From Alphaproteobacteria bacterium (GTDB lineage: Bacteria; Pseudomonadota; Alphaproteobacteria; MPNO01; UBA830): a stretch of 64,000 nt of DNA. The position numbers and the translations under genes are program-made. Shown in pieces: positions 52,587-62,760 of this stretch. The stretch spans positions 3,488,001 through 3,552,000 of the forward strand of contig OZ251539.1 in assembly GCA_965243135.1 (NCBI GenBank). Reading direction: 5' to 3'. The notes below the pieces were generated by a model. It was not told the DNA's origin, made no database searches, and saw only the letters and a program-made list of their open reading frames with translations. How positions within the stretch are numbered: position 1 is the first letter of the stretch; every line of letters starts with the position of its first letter.

Positions 52587-53654
52587 CTACCGGGGAGGTT
52601 CCTGCATCCGGCGGCTCAACTCGTGAACCGAACTTCCCAGGAGTTCGGCCGCCTTGGCCTCCGAGATCGCGCCTTCCGCGAGAGCGCGGAAGCACAGGCG
52701 CTCGAAACGCTTGGGCTTCTCGCCCTTCATGGCGTGGGGCTCCCGATACGGCGGACTGCGCCAGCCACGACGCGAGAACTCGTCGAACAACTGCCGGAAC
52801 AACGTTTCACTGAAAATGCCAAGCTCCCTGCAACGATAGGCGAGAGCTTGCACGCTCACGCCGAAAATTCGTTTCAAGTCGAAGAGTTCATCCCAGACCA
52901 CGGACTTGCGACGTCTACCGATCTCCGCTCGAAGCGTCTCCGCCGGCATGAGGAACGCCCCGGCAAATCGGTGCGCTGCCTTCTCGGCGTCGACCTTCGG
53001 GGCAACATCCATGATCATGTGGCCGAGCTCATGCGCAATCGTAAAGCGCTGCCGCTCGCCCCAGTGCTCTTGCTCTTGGTTCACGACAATGACGGATGCT
53101 GCGCTTCCGTCTTCACGGCGGACCCTGGCCGTCAGGCCGTCGACACCGGTGAGGTCCACAGAGATGACCTTGATGCCGCGCACTTCCGACAAGTCGACCA
53201 GATTGGCTATCGGATTGAGACCTACCCTCCAGTGAACGCGAAGCCCTTGGGCGGCGAGCTCCGCCTCGGCCGGATCGCGCAGTACAGGCCAGGGCGCCTC
53301 TCGCGGCCGATCCCAAGCGACGCTGGGCAGACGGAGAAGTTCCTCGACCGTAAGATACCGTTCCAGCAGGTGCAGCACTCTGGCCTCGATTCGGGCTTCC
53401 TCGCGTTTGCTCGTAGGCTTCTTCCTACGGAACTCGACAGCCTCCAAAACTATGTCCTGATCGCCGACCAGATAGTCCACGGTCACGTCGAGCGCGTCGG
53501 CAAGCGCGATAAGAACCCCGGAACTCGGCATTGCCTCGTCGCGCTCGTACTTGCTGATCGCCTGCGCCGTCACGCGGTTGTCGATTCTGGCCTCCAGATC
53601 CCTCAACGACAATCCTGCGGCTGATCTCAAGACATTAAGCCGTTGACCTATCAT
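52587..53654 (-). CDS. XRE HTH + ImmA/IrrE Zn-metallopeptidase
   Basis: N-terminal HTH, RQRFTIAHELGH, AHRFAGAFLMP and FGVS. GGAGGA RBS and TTGACA-N17-TATTTT promoter. Confidence 0.92.
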   Translation of the reverse strand: MIGQRLNVLRSAAGLSLRDLEARIDNRVTAQAISKYERDEAMPSSGVLIALADALDVTVDYLVGDQDIVLEAVEFRRKKPTSKREEARIEARVLHLLERYLTVEELLRLPSVAWDRPREAPWPVLRDPAEAELAAQGLRVHWRVGLNPIANLVDLSEVRGIKVISVDLTGVDGLTARVRREDGSAASVIVVNQEQEHWGERQRFTIAHELGHMIMDVAPKVDAEKAAHRFAGAFLMPAETLRAEIGRRRKSVVWDELFDLKRIFGVSVQALAYRCRELGIFSETLFRQLFDEFSRRGWRSPPYREPHAMKGEKPKRFERLCFRALAEGAISEAKAAELLGSSVHELSRRMQEPPR

Positions 53655-54457
53655 TGTTTTTATCCTCCATTAGACAGTTGATAAAATATGCATTGAAATC
53701 TAATTTGTCAAACAAGATCTGAAACTGAGCCGTTTGCGCTGTGCCATTTTTTTGTCGGCGGCCGGCCGGCACCCCGCGGACCGCGCCGCCTTCAGAACAA
53801 AAGCGAATATCCGGTTGCCGCGGGCCGCGCCGCAAACCCGGGGCGAGCCGGGCGGCCTGAACGCAGGCGGCCGGATCGGGGGGCAGCGGTCGGACGACCG
53901 CAGCGGTCATCCCGTGTCGCGCACCTGACCGATCAGCTACCGCCCCGACGTTCCACCCGCAAACGCCCGAGCACGACCGCCGTCACGAGACCGAGTCGCG
54001 GACGCATTTACGCCGCGGACATAGTGCTTCTTCATAAGCGTTGTCGAACCGGCTGTAGCTTCGCGGCGGAGCGGCGGTTCGCGCTTCCAAGAGGGGTTGC
54101 CCCTGAAGACTGGCGTGAAGATCCGCCCGTCATGCTTTTCCGGGTCGACGCGGGCGACCGTACTCGCCGGCTTGGCACCCGGCGGCCCGGCGGCATTCCT
54201 ACCCGTAGCGAACCCGCCAGGTTTTTTTGCGCGGCGCGGCCGTTTGCCGCAGGGGGCGGCGTCCGGCCGGTCCTTGGGGTGGAATCTGCGAAAATCGCGG
54301 CATCAGCGCGGAAAATTCGCAGTTTTCCGCGCCCGAGGAAAAATTCCGCGCCCCTGAAAGCTGTCCGCATTTCAAGACGTTACGAACAGCGCACGCGACT
54401 CATCCGCCGCGACCCGCAGGTAGTTGCACACGCCAAAGGTCAGAAGACGAACACACA

Positions 54458-54976
54458 TCAGGCGCATACTTCCCTGAAGCTACGGAGTTTCAGGCGGAAC
54501 CGGTGATGGGATGACCAATCATCCTTGATGCTATCCGCCTCCGCAATATCGAGTAACCCTTCTTTGATCATGGAAGCCATGAGATCCTGTGTTGTAAGGA
54601 GACGGAGTGCTTGATCGGTACGCCGTGCTTGCGCCATGGCTTGGCGATCATCAATAGCCAATACATACTGCCGATGTACGGCCACGGCGATGGCAGAGCA
54701 TTCACCGGCTCCCAGGCGGCCGGACGCTGACAAAGATCCGAAGAGAGACATCTCCCCGGGATTGGCAATGCTTACTTGCGAAACGGCGCTCTCGTCGATT
54801 GTCTCGGAGAACCGTTTCTGCTGCTCTGGATATTGATCGGATATTTCGGCGGCGACATGATCCGTAGCGACGAAATCGTGAGAGTGGCGAGCAACGAGAT
54901 CCATCCGGTCAATGCGGAGGAAATTCACCAAGACTGACGTATCTGCCACGATAATTGCGGGTTTGCCTTCTACCAC
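54458..54976 (-). CDS. PIN domain protein (putative toxin)
   Basis: VADTSVLVNF, LGAGECSAIAVA and LAIDD. Confidence 0.85.
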   Translation of the reverse strand: MVEGKPAIIVADTSVLVNFLRIDRMDLVARHSHDFVATDHVAAEISDQYPEQQKRFSETIDESAVSQVSIANPGEMSLFGSLSASGRLGAGECSAIAVAVHRQYVLAIDDRQAMAQARRTDQALRLLTTQDLMASMIKEGLLDIAEADSIKDDWSSHHRFRLKLRSFREVCA

Positions 54977-54984
54977 AACACAGA

Positions 54985-56223
54985 TTATTCCCCACGAGCA
55001 ATTTTGGCTAAATCAAGCAGAGTGCGGCCGCGCATATTCAGCGTCTTGTTCAATTCGAGAACGCGGCCGCGAGAAATCTCCTTGCGGCGATAGGCCTCGA
55101 TGGCGAGATGAGCTATCTCTCTTCGGAGTTCGCGGTCCCAACGATGGCGCCGCTCAGGTTTCCCCACTTCGCCGAACATGTCGAGAGCCTTCAGATACTT
55201 GCGCCCGGCGTTTTCCTGTTCCCTGAGCTCCTGGCATTCTGGATGGGAGATGCACCGAAGGCTTTTCGACCGGTACAAGGCCGCTTGGTAGCTCACGCCG
55301 AAATGGTGCGCCAGCATGGCGATATCCTTGTAGGCGATGCGTTGAGAATGCGCCGGCGAGCGAAGCTCGGTTTCAATACGGCCACCGGTGGCGACATCGA
55401 AGACGGTCTGCCCCTGACGGCTCGCACGGCCTTTGTCCAAGCTCTGCAACGCTTCGTAGACCCCATTTCTCGGCATGAGGAAAGCGGCGGCAAACGCGTT
55501 CGCGCGCCGCTCTACCATTTCGGATGCGTTGTCGGCGCTGGAAACCGCAATGTTACGATTCCGATCGAGCAGGGTATGAGCATATTCATGGGCATAGGAG
55601 AAACGCTTGCGGCCCCTCGGATGAAGCGAATTGACGAGGATCGCCAGTCCAAGGCTCGAATGCCGCAGGAACAGACCCGACATCCAGTCCGGAAGTTCGA
55701 CACCCGATGCCCAGATGTCTTGGGACGCAATCAGTTTGCAGATATCGGCAATCGGTGCGTTGCCGACGCCGAGTCGGCGCCGCTCCTGTTCCGCGGTCCG
55801 CTCGCCTTGGGCCACGGCTTCTCCTATGGTGCGCGGCATCCGCGTCTCGTAGCTTGGCGGACCGGGGCGAGGTTCGGCGCCGAGCAGACGCTTCAGCCTC
55901 ACGCCTTCACGGCAAAGGCCGATACAGCGAGCGACCTGTTCGCGCGTCAATGAATTCCGTTCCAGCCTGGGCGCAGCGCGGCACAGCGCCACCAGCATGT
56001 CCTCGTCCTCGTTCTGAGCGCCTTCCTGCAGGAACTTAGCGACCGGGTGGAGGTAGAGCTCGGCAAGCCTCGTCAGTTCAAGCGTCGACACCGAGCGATT
56101 GCCCGCCTCCAACTGAGTGATCGCGGTTCGCGGCAGGCTCAGCGCATCGGCCACCGCCTGTTGACTGAGGCCCCTCGCCTCGCGTTTCGTGCGCAATCTG
56201 CGTCCGAGCTCCTCCGCCTCCAT
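54985..56223 (-). CDS. XRE HTH + ImmA/IrrE Zn-metallopeptidase
   Basis: GLSQQAVA HTH, RFSYAHEYAH and ERRANAFAAAFLMP. AGAGGAG RBS before ATG 56223. Confidence 0.92.
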   Translation of the reverse strand: MEAEELGRRLRTKREARGLSQQAVADALSLPRTAITQLEAGNRSVSTLELTRLAELYLHPVAKFLQEGAQNEDEDMLVALCRAAPRLERNSLTREQVARCIGLCREGVRLKRLLGAEPRPGPPSYETRMPRTIGEAVAQGERTAEQERRRLGVGNAPIADICKLIASQDIWASGVELPDWMSGLFLRHSSLGLAILVNSLHPRGRKRFSYAHEYAHTLLDRNRNIAVSSADNASEMVERRANAFAAAFLMPRNGVYEALQSLDKGRASRQGQTVFDVATGGRIETELRSPAHSQRIAYKDIAMLAHHFGVSYQAALYRSKSLRCISHPECQELREQENAGRKYLKALDMFGEVGKPERRHRWDRELRREIAHLAIEAYRRKEISRGRVLELNKTLNMRGRTLLDLAKIARGE

Positions 56224-56270
56224 CGTCTGATCTCTCCTCTGCTGCATCGCTCATGACGGCAACAGGTCAA

Positions 56271-56336
56271 ATTTTGCAATGTCGAACATAAAATGTCAAG
56301 ATAATCTATTGACAGGTCGAAAATCGAACATATATC
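56271..56336. promoter_or_regulatory. Back-to-back sigma70-like promoters with a repeated TCGAACATA operator
   Basis: Minus strand TTGACA(56299)-N17-CAAAAT; plus strand TTGACA(56309)-N16-TATATC. TCGAACATA at 56282 and 56325. Confidence 0.55.
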
Positions 56337-56369
56337 TCGGGATCAGGCAGCTCCTGACGTGCTGCGCCT

Positions 56370-56772
56370 CATGCGGTCGATGATACTGGCATGCAGCAGG
56401 CGTGACGATACGCGTGTTGCAACCCGTAAGCAGGCGGAATTCGGCGAGAGGTGAGGCGACAGGGCATCGCGCCCGGGTGACCCAGCCGCAACCGGCGGTT
56501 CACGCTCCGCCGGTGACGGTCCACGCCAGTATCGTCGAACAGGCTTATGTCGTCGGCGATGAACCGATGACGCGGCGTGGACACGGCGGTCCGGAGGCGC
56601 GCCATGGCTTCCCCGACGCTCAAGGCGTACCGGGGTTGGAAGAGGATGCGAACGCTTCTGCGTCAGGGGACAGGATGCCCGCGCTTCGCGAGTCAGTCCG
56701 ACGCCGCCGCGTGATAGACATGGATCTCGTCAAGCAGCGCAATCAGGACGTTGACGCCGAGCAACGCCCTCG
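56370..56772 (-). pseudogene. VapC-type PIN toxin remnant
   Basis: RALLDVNVLIALLDEIHVYH, then stop codons, then HRFIADDISL. Confidence 0.75.
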
Positions 56773-56776
56773 CGAG

Positions 56777-57028
56777 TCAGGCTCTCGCCTCCTCGCGAAG
56801 CTCGTTGACCAGTTCGTCGGTGACGACGGCTCCCCCCGCAGGAATGGGATCGAAGCCATGTGCATGCAAAACGTGTCGCGGTCTGTCGGCGGACACGGGA
56901 AGCGAACGCAGCTGCAAAGCTTCACGCATCACGTCCGAGACGAACTTCCCGGTCGTCGTCCGTTTCCGCCTGGCGAGTTCCTTCGCCGCCGCAAGGATGT
57001 CGTCGTCAATGTTGAGCGTGGTGCGCAT
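56777..57028 (-). CDS. VapB/CopG-like antitoxin
   Basis: MRTTLNIDDDILAAAKELARR...GGAVVTDELVNELRE. Confidence 0.85.
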   Translation of the reverse strand: MRTTLNIDDDILAAAKELARRKRTTTGKFVSDVMREALQLRSLPVSADRPRHVLHAHGFDPIPAGGAVVTDELVNELREEARA

Positions 57029-57176
57029 GGGCGTTTCCCGAGGATGCTTCAAACTATCTTGTGCACGGGCATGATAAGGAAACATTCGAAGAACTCGATC
57101 AAAAGGCTTTTGGCAGCAGCCGAGTTCACTGGTTGCCTTCAGGGCCACGCCATGGCGCTGCGGGCTGTGTTGAAAG

Positions 57177-57305
57177 AAAACGGCGTTTCCCGACCCCATC
57201 ACTCTCAGGCGTGCGAGGAAACGGAAACGCCTTCCTTCCAAGCGCGGAGCGGACATCCTCGTCTATTTTGCACCTGAAACTGCCGATTATCGTGACTGCT
57301 CGCAC
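57177..57305. repeat. Right arm of a long inverted repeat
   Basis: Reverse complement of 51943..52052, with one short internal insertion. Confidence 0.85.
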
Positions 57306-58051
57306 GCGGGTAGTGTGTTGCGGGCTCCCGGCCGTCCGTCTACGGCTACCGTCCTGATTCCGTTCCAGAGCGTGGGCTCTGCGTCGTACGCATCCGCGAC
57401 TCCAGTTCCTGCTCCAGTCTGCGTCGCTCCTCCGCTGCATCCGCTTCCGTCACGATCCCTGCCCCTACATATGCCCGTACCGCTTCGGCCACGGACTCAA
57501 CCTTCACGACACGCCTCAGGTTGCCGTCCCGCCCGCCAGTGAACCTCCACCCCGATGTCGGTCACCAATTACAGCTCTGGCTTGCCAAGTGGATCTTCCT
57601 CCTTCAGCGTCGCCAGCAGCACGAGGGCTCCTCGCCATACCTCCATGAACCGGGCGCGCTCCGCCCTGCCCGGCAACTTACCACGTGGCTCGCGCTGTAT
57701 TTCAGCATGCGCTCGATTCCCCGGCACAGGTCCGTCCGTGACACTCCGAAGCCTGTTCCCTTCGGCATCCGTCAGTCTGCGGATGTCTCCCGCCTTGGCC
57801 TTGATCGTGCCCCGCGTTCCTCGCCGGCCTGCGATTCCACCCTGCGCATCTCCGGTCTACCGATGCCCCGCCTTCCTCCTCGGTCCACTGGAGTTTCCTG
57901 CGGGGAAACGCGGCCTGGGAAGGCGCACCGCCGACAGTCTCTTGCCCTCCAAGGGTAATCTACGTTCCAGCTCTTCGTCGTTCTCGACGATCCCAGGCGA
58001 TCCGTGCGTTCGTTCCTCCTCCGGAAACTTCTCCCCGCGCCTCGCCAACCC

Positions 58052-58445
58052 TTATATCCCCTCGCGCGCCTCGTCCAACCATGACATGACCCGGCTGAGT
58101 TCTTCTCCGCCGTATCTCCGGAAGTATCCTTCTCTGCTCTCCTCGCTCAGGGTACGGCTGACGTAGTACCCGACGCTGCCATCCTCCTCCGTGCCGATCT
58201 CGACCCTGCCGTACCCGCTGCGCCAGACGATGCAGATCTCCCATGCCTCGTCGGCGTAGACCTCGTCGGGTCGCTTCCACTCCTCGCGCAGCCCGAGCAA
58301 CGCCGCGATCCGGTCCCTGTTTTCTGCGATCCGCTGGCTCGTCGCGCCCTTGACTTGGGCTGCCCGCAAGGTGTCGGCGTCGATCGTGTCCAAGATCTCC
58401 CGGGTCGTCTTCGTCTCCCGGCCGCTTCCACTCGTGTCGATCATC
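58052..58445 (-). CDS. Hypothetical protein
   Basis: Protein-like ORF (EICIVWRSGYGRVEIGTEEDGSVGYY) in a purine-skewed stretch; no family recognised. Confidence 0.35.
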
Positions 58446-58699
58446 CACCCAAGACCTCTCTCATCTGCCTGCCATACGGTTCCGCTCCCGCATAGCATCT
58501 GCCGCTCCGCAGCGTCCCCTCCTCCTCCTCCTGCCTCGGCGCTTCGATGGACTGCAGCGTCCGGCTCGATCCTCGCCTCGGCGCCATCCATGGAACCGCA
58601 GGTGCCCGGGCCCGCTCCGCGCTTGCCGTCAAGCTCATGTCAACTCTCCTGGTTGAATGAGTCCGGCCGACCATATCCTCCGTGATCAGACCCCCGAAC

Positions 58700-58937
58700 A
58701 GCGCATGGGTTCGCCCGTGCAGTCCTTCGGCTCGACCGTCGTTGTCCTTCCCGTCGACGGGCTGGAGGTTCCCGAACGCTCTGTCGAGCTTCAGGCGAAC
58801 GCTTGTCTATCCGAATCCCCAGGTCGTCACCACTGACTGGGCGTATCCGGTTTCCTTCCCGGCGCAGCTCCGCCTCGACGACGCGGAGATTCGATCATTT
58901 CAGGCGTCGGCAAAATCAGCAGCGGACGTTCCGCCAT
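58700..58937 (-). pseudogene. Truncated 5' end of a probable S8 peptidase (IetS-like)
   Basis: MAERPLLILPTPE...RRRGG overlaps the AAA gene's 3' end and stops after 36 codons. Confidence 0.5.
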
Positions 58938-59919
58938 CGGCCTTCACCTGATGCTTCACGGTTCCGGCGCGCGCGGTCCAGATCGCAAGTTGATCCGACA
59001 CGATCGACTTCAGCGGCTTGCCGCCCATGGCAAGGGCATGGCAGCGTGCGATGTCGAGACAGAATTGCTCGACTTCGGCATAGCTTATCCTGCCGAGCTT
59101 TCTCGCAAGAACCATAGCCGAATGGCCCAGCGAGTCGTCGAACCGTTCCGCAAACGCCTCGATATAGTCCGCGACCGCCTTTTGCGTCGGCATAGGCAGC
59201 GACAGGCGAAGCTGGAAGCGGCGCCATGACGCCCGGTCCAGAAGTTCCGGATGGTTCGTCGCGCCGATAATGATCGTATAGCTCGGCAGATCGTCGAACT
59301 GCATGAGAAGCGAAGTGACGACGCGCTTGATTTCGCCGGTCTCGTGGCGGTCGCCCCGCTCCTTTCCGATCGCGTCGAACTCGTCGAAGAACAGAACGCA
59401 GGGCGTGGTGCGCGCATAGTCGAACACCCGCTTCAGACGCGCGGCTGTCTCTCCAAGATAGCTCCCGATCATCGCCTCGTAGCGCACTACGAGCAGCGGA
59501 ACGGCGATCGCCTCGGCGATTGCTTCGGCCAAGCTGGTCTTTCCCGTTCCCGGCGGCCCCGCGAGGAGAACGCGATGCCGCGGCTCCAGGCCGTACGCCC
59601 GCAACACGTCGGCCCGAATTTGTTCCTGAATTAATTGCGCGACAGCATTGTTCAGGGAGCCGGGCAGGATCAGGTCGTCGAGTCGGCGCCTCGGAACGAC
59701 CTCGGATACGAAATCGCGGCTTCCGGTGCGGGAGGCAGCGGCGGCCGGGGAGAGGTTGCCCCCGTTCAATCGCAGCACCCGGGTCAAACGCTCAGCCAGC
59801 ACGTTATGTTGTTTCGTGCGTTCTTCCGCGATGATCGCTTCCGCAGCGGCGCGCGCAGCGGCCTTGTCTCCCGACGTTCCGGCCTTCACCAAGGCTATCA
59901 ACAGATCGCTACGGGCCAT
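58900..59919 (-). CDS. AAA ATPase (IetA-like)
   Basis: MARSDLL, GPPGTGKT, SYLGETA, FFDEFD, ETGEIKRVV and ATNHPELLDRA. Confidence 0.88.
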   Translation of the reverse strand: MARSDLLIALVKAGTSGDKAAARAAAEAIIAEERTKQHNVLAERLTRVLRLNGGNLSPAAAASRTGSRDFVSEVVPRRRLDDLILPGSLNNAVAQLIQEQIRADVLRAYGLEPRHRVLLAGPPGTGKTSLAEAIAEAIAVPLLVVRYEAMIGSYLGETAARLKRVFDYARTTPCVLFFDEFDAIGKERGDRHETGEIKRVVTSLLMQFDDLPSYTIIIGATNHPELLDRASWRRFQLRLSLPMPTQKAVADYIEAFAERFDDSLGHSAMVLARKLGRISYAEVEQFCLDIARCHALAMGGKPLKSIVSDQLAIWTARAGTVKHQVKADGGTSAADFADA

Positions 59920-60516
59920 GGCATCGCGCCGGAAATTCAGCCTGCCGGGCAGAGCGCCTTACATGGGCATCCGCCAAGACAGCGTCGGCAAGAGGTTCCC
60001 CAACCTCCGCAGTACCGGTCTTTCCCGAACCGATGCCGGAAAACCGGCGTCCGATCAGTCGGCCGGAAACGGCGGGGCGAATAAGCGACATGCCTCCTCT
60101 CCCTGCGGATGCAGGCGGTCAACTGAACCGAATCCAGAAGTTTCGATACCAGCGCAGATTGCACGACGCAAACCGACACCGCGAATAATCCGCCGCATGT
60201 TCGAACGGCCGGCTGCTCGAACAGCGTAAACTCCGTCGTCACCATGTTGCGGATGAGGATGGCTACCCGAAGCTCACCATGGTGGTCCAAAGACTCATTG
60301 ACCCGCGCGTTCCATACCGTCAGCACGGCCCGACCGGTGTTTGCTGGTCGGACGCGCGGGTCGGAAATGCCGAGCGACAGGCTACAGGAAGACCAGCCTC
60401 AATGTCTGAGCGAGCTGCTTCTCCCCGCTGACACCCAAATTATGACCTTGCCTCCCGGCGCCGTGCGCATGCCGGCTATTCGGGTTATGATCGCACGTAG
60501 CGAAAGCCGTTCGACC

Positions 60517-62042
60517 ATGCGCTTCTTCAACACGGCCGGCCCGATCAGGCCCGAAAAGCACTATTGCATCCCGGCGCTGGAACGCCTGGACATGGACGAG
60601 GTGCTGCGGCTCGTTCGGGACGACAAGTATTTTGTGCTGCATGCCCCGAGGCAGACGGGCAAGACTTCCATATTGATCGCCCTGCAGGGTCTGCTGAACC
60701 GGCAAGGCTACCATTGCCTGTACGCCACCGTCGAGGGGGCGAGCACCGCTGGCCAAGACTTGGAGAGAGCAATAGGGACGGTGCTCGCCAATCTGGCATT
60801 CGAGGCGCGGGACGAGCTCGGCGATCCGTTCCTGGACGAAGTCTGGCCCGGCGTTCTTGCCGGGTCCCGATCATGCGTTGATGGAGGCGCTGGCGCGCTG
60901 GTCGCGGGCGTCGCCGAAGCCGCTCGTGCTGCTGATCGACGAGATCGACGCCTTGCAGGGCGGATCGCTGCTCTCGGTGCTCCGGCAGTTGCGCGCGGGT
61001 TACCGCAAGCGTCCGGGAGGCTTTCCGCAAAGCGTGGTGCTGTGCGGGATGCGGGACATGCGCGACTACCGCATGGACTCGACGGGCAGTCCCTTCAACA
61101 TCGTCGCGAAGTCGCTGCGTCTGGGGGACTTCAGCCGGGAGGAAACGCTGGCGTTGCTCGGCCAGCATACCGCCGAGACGGGGCAGGCGTTCACGGCGGA
61201 GGCGCAGGAGACGGTTTGGGAGCAGACCCTTGGCCAGCCGTGGCTGGTGAACGCGCTGGCGCAGGAGGCCTGCTTCGAGAGCGCGGCCGGGCGCGACCGC
61301 TCGCGCGCCGTGACGGGCGGCGACATCGCCGACGCGCGGGAGCGGCTCATCCTGAGCCGGGTGACCCATCTGGACCAGTTGGCGCACAGGCTCAGGGAGG
61401 ATCGCGTGCGGCGGGTGATCGAGCCGCTGTTGAGCGGCAGCGACCGCCGCCGCGCCACCAACCTCGACACCGAATACGTGCGGGATCTCGGCCTGATCGC
61501 GAAAGATGCGCCGCCGCGCATCGCCAACCCGATCTATGCCGAGGTGATCCCGCGCGAACTGACCTTCGAAGCCCAGGACGAGATCGAGGAAGACTCGGCC
61601 TGGTACGTCGGCGTCGGCGGCGGCCTCGACACGGCGAAGGGCGGCGTTCCAGACGTTCTTCCGCGAGAACTCGGAGCACTGGAAGGACCGCTTCGCGTAC
61701 CCGAAGGCCTGGCCGCAGCTTCTGCTGCAGGCGTTTCTGCAGCGGGTGCTCAACGGCGGCGGGCGGATCGAACGAGAGTTCGGGCTGGGTCGGAGGCGCG
61801 TCGACTTGCTGATCGTCTGGCCGAAGGGCGGCGGCGAGCAGAAGTTCGTGGTCGAGTGCAAGGTGCTGCGCGGGAGCCTGGAGGCGACGGTCGCCGCGGG
61901 ACTGGAGCAGGTTGCGGGCTACATGGACCGCTGCGCGGCGGAGACGGGCCACCTGGTGATCTTCGACCGCGACGAGAAGAAGCCCTGGAGCGAGAAGATC
62001 TTCCATCGCTCGGAATCGAACGTCGAGATCTGGGGGATGTAG
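60517..62042 (+). pseudogene. AAA ATPase with C-terminal PD-(D/E)XK-like domain, two frameshifts
   Basis: MRFFNTAGP, HAPRQTGKTS, LLIDEID, SPFNI, GQPWLVN and RIEREFGLGRRRVDL...VECK across three frames. Confidence 0.85.
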
Positions 62043-62760
62043 CTGGCAATTTTCCCTCGGACAGCCAAGATTCGCGTGCGGAGGTCAGCCGGGCGGCGGC
62101 TCTCGTCCACACGCCACGGGAACCGGACATTGCCTTGGCAACCACCCTCGTGGACATGTCCGACCGGGCGCGAGAACTTAACCGGACAAGCGGACGAGGC
62201 CGCCGGAAACGAACGAGAAGCCGCGTGGCCATGACGACGTCAAAGGACGCGCACATGATCGCGCAGTTCACCGATTTCGGCGCGGCGGGCGTCGGCCAGA
62301 GCCGCCCTCCTCCGGGAAGCGCCTGAAGTGCCCGTGATCGACCTGCAGCACGATGCGCCGCCGTTCCGGGCGCAAGCATCCGCCTACCTGCTTGCGGCAA
62401 CCAAGCCGTACGTTGCGTGGGCGAATGCCGAAAACACGCTGCCCAGCTGCGGTCGGGCGAGACAGGTTGCCGGTCGGGGCGTGGATCGAGAACTTGCCCG
62501 AGCTTTCGCTTCTCTCGCGAAACTCGGCCCGTCATTCTTGTTCGAGCGCCTGTCAACATGATCGACGCACCGGAGGCAAACCCGAGATGCCGACAGCGAT
62601 CGTTCGGCTCACATGCAGATGTCTCCTTCGCCGACGCCGCTCTCAAGATGCCAAAGCGAACGCATCTGAGTTTCGGCGCGTGGCCTCCCCTCGAGGCATC
62701 CTGAGCGCCTCCCGGCGGCGCGCGCCTGTCCGAAAACCGAAAGCCCGCACCTGCACGCGT

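Noticed and set aside
60190-60385. Minus-strand fragment LGISDPRVRPANTGRAVLTVWNARVNE...EFTLFEQ, possibly a restriction-endonuclease remnant
   Set aside because: No start or catalytic motif is visible, and the family could not be confirmed from sequence alone.
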